Assembly: GCF_036321535.1 (NCBI RefSeq)
Contig: NC_087437.1
Span: forward strand, 9,736,001 to 9,800,000
Source of the DNA: Camelus dromedarius
Taxonomy: Eukaryota
Length of the DNA: 64,000 nt
Reading direction: 5' to 3'
Shown piece by piece: positions 63,816 through 64,000 of the stretch. Position numbers and translations under genes: made by a program. Positions within the stretch are counted from its first letter, which is position 1; every line of letters starts with the position of its first letter. The notes beneath the pieces are model-generated. The model was not told the DNA's origin and did no database searches. It worked only from the letters and a program-made list of their open reading frames with translations.

Positions 63816-64000
63816 AAGTAAAATGTTGCTTTTTACTTATTATTGAGCAACTTGGAGCATTCAGGAATTTTGAGAATGGGATAATTGCTCTGCATTGCTA
63901 CTAAATAAGAACAAGAGTCTTTTTAACATGACAATGAAAATCTTGAGACTGTTAAACCCCTTTTATTGCTGATGGTGCTCATTTAAATATGCTGTGTCAA

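Noticed and set aside
1..64000. CRISPR arrays, operons, prokaryotic or viral coding systems, numts
   Set aside because: No regularly spaced repeats, long ORFs, ERV internal genes or mitochondrial-like sequence were seen; the content is typical mammalian intron

Overview
AT-rich, CpG-poor mammalian genomic DNA, most likely camelid: it carries a tRNA-Ala-derived Vic-1-like SINE and camelid/artiodactyl-type L1 3' ends, and I saw no Bov-tA, Alu or B1 elements. The window appears to lie within the very large introns of a minus-strand gene. Its only recognisable coding sequence is one 219-nt exon (24324-24542, minus strand, phase 1-1, missed by the ORF track) encoding a matrin/U1-type C2H2 zinc finger. 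I assign it to the long upstream isoform of ZNF385D. The rest is intronic DNA with L1 fragments of several ages, L2, L3/CR1, MIRs, solo ERV1 and MaLR LTRs, Tigger and hAT MITEs, and microsatellites. The most unusual observations are: (1) two TSD-flanked, polyadenylated retro-insertions that carry non-L1 sequence (12395-13284 and 28603-29256); (2) a twin-primed L1 inserted about 50 nt from the exon's splice acceptor; (3) the same Tigger2-type MITE at the same position of an L1 3' end at two loci, hinting at a composite L1-MITE retroelement. I found no evidence for a new protein-coding system. Repeat subfamily names come from remembered consensus sequences, and boundaries are approximate unless a TSD or TIR is given.
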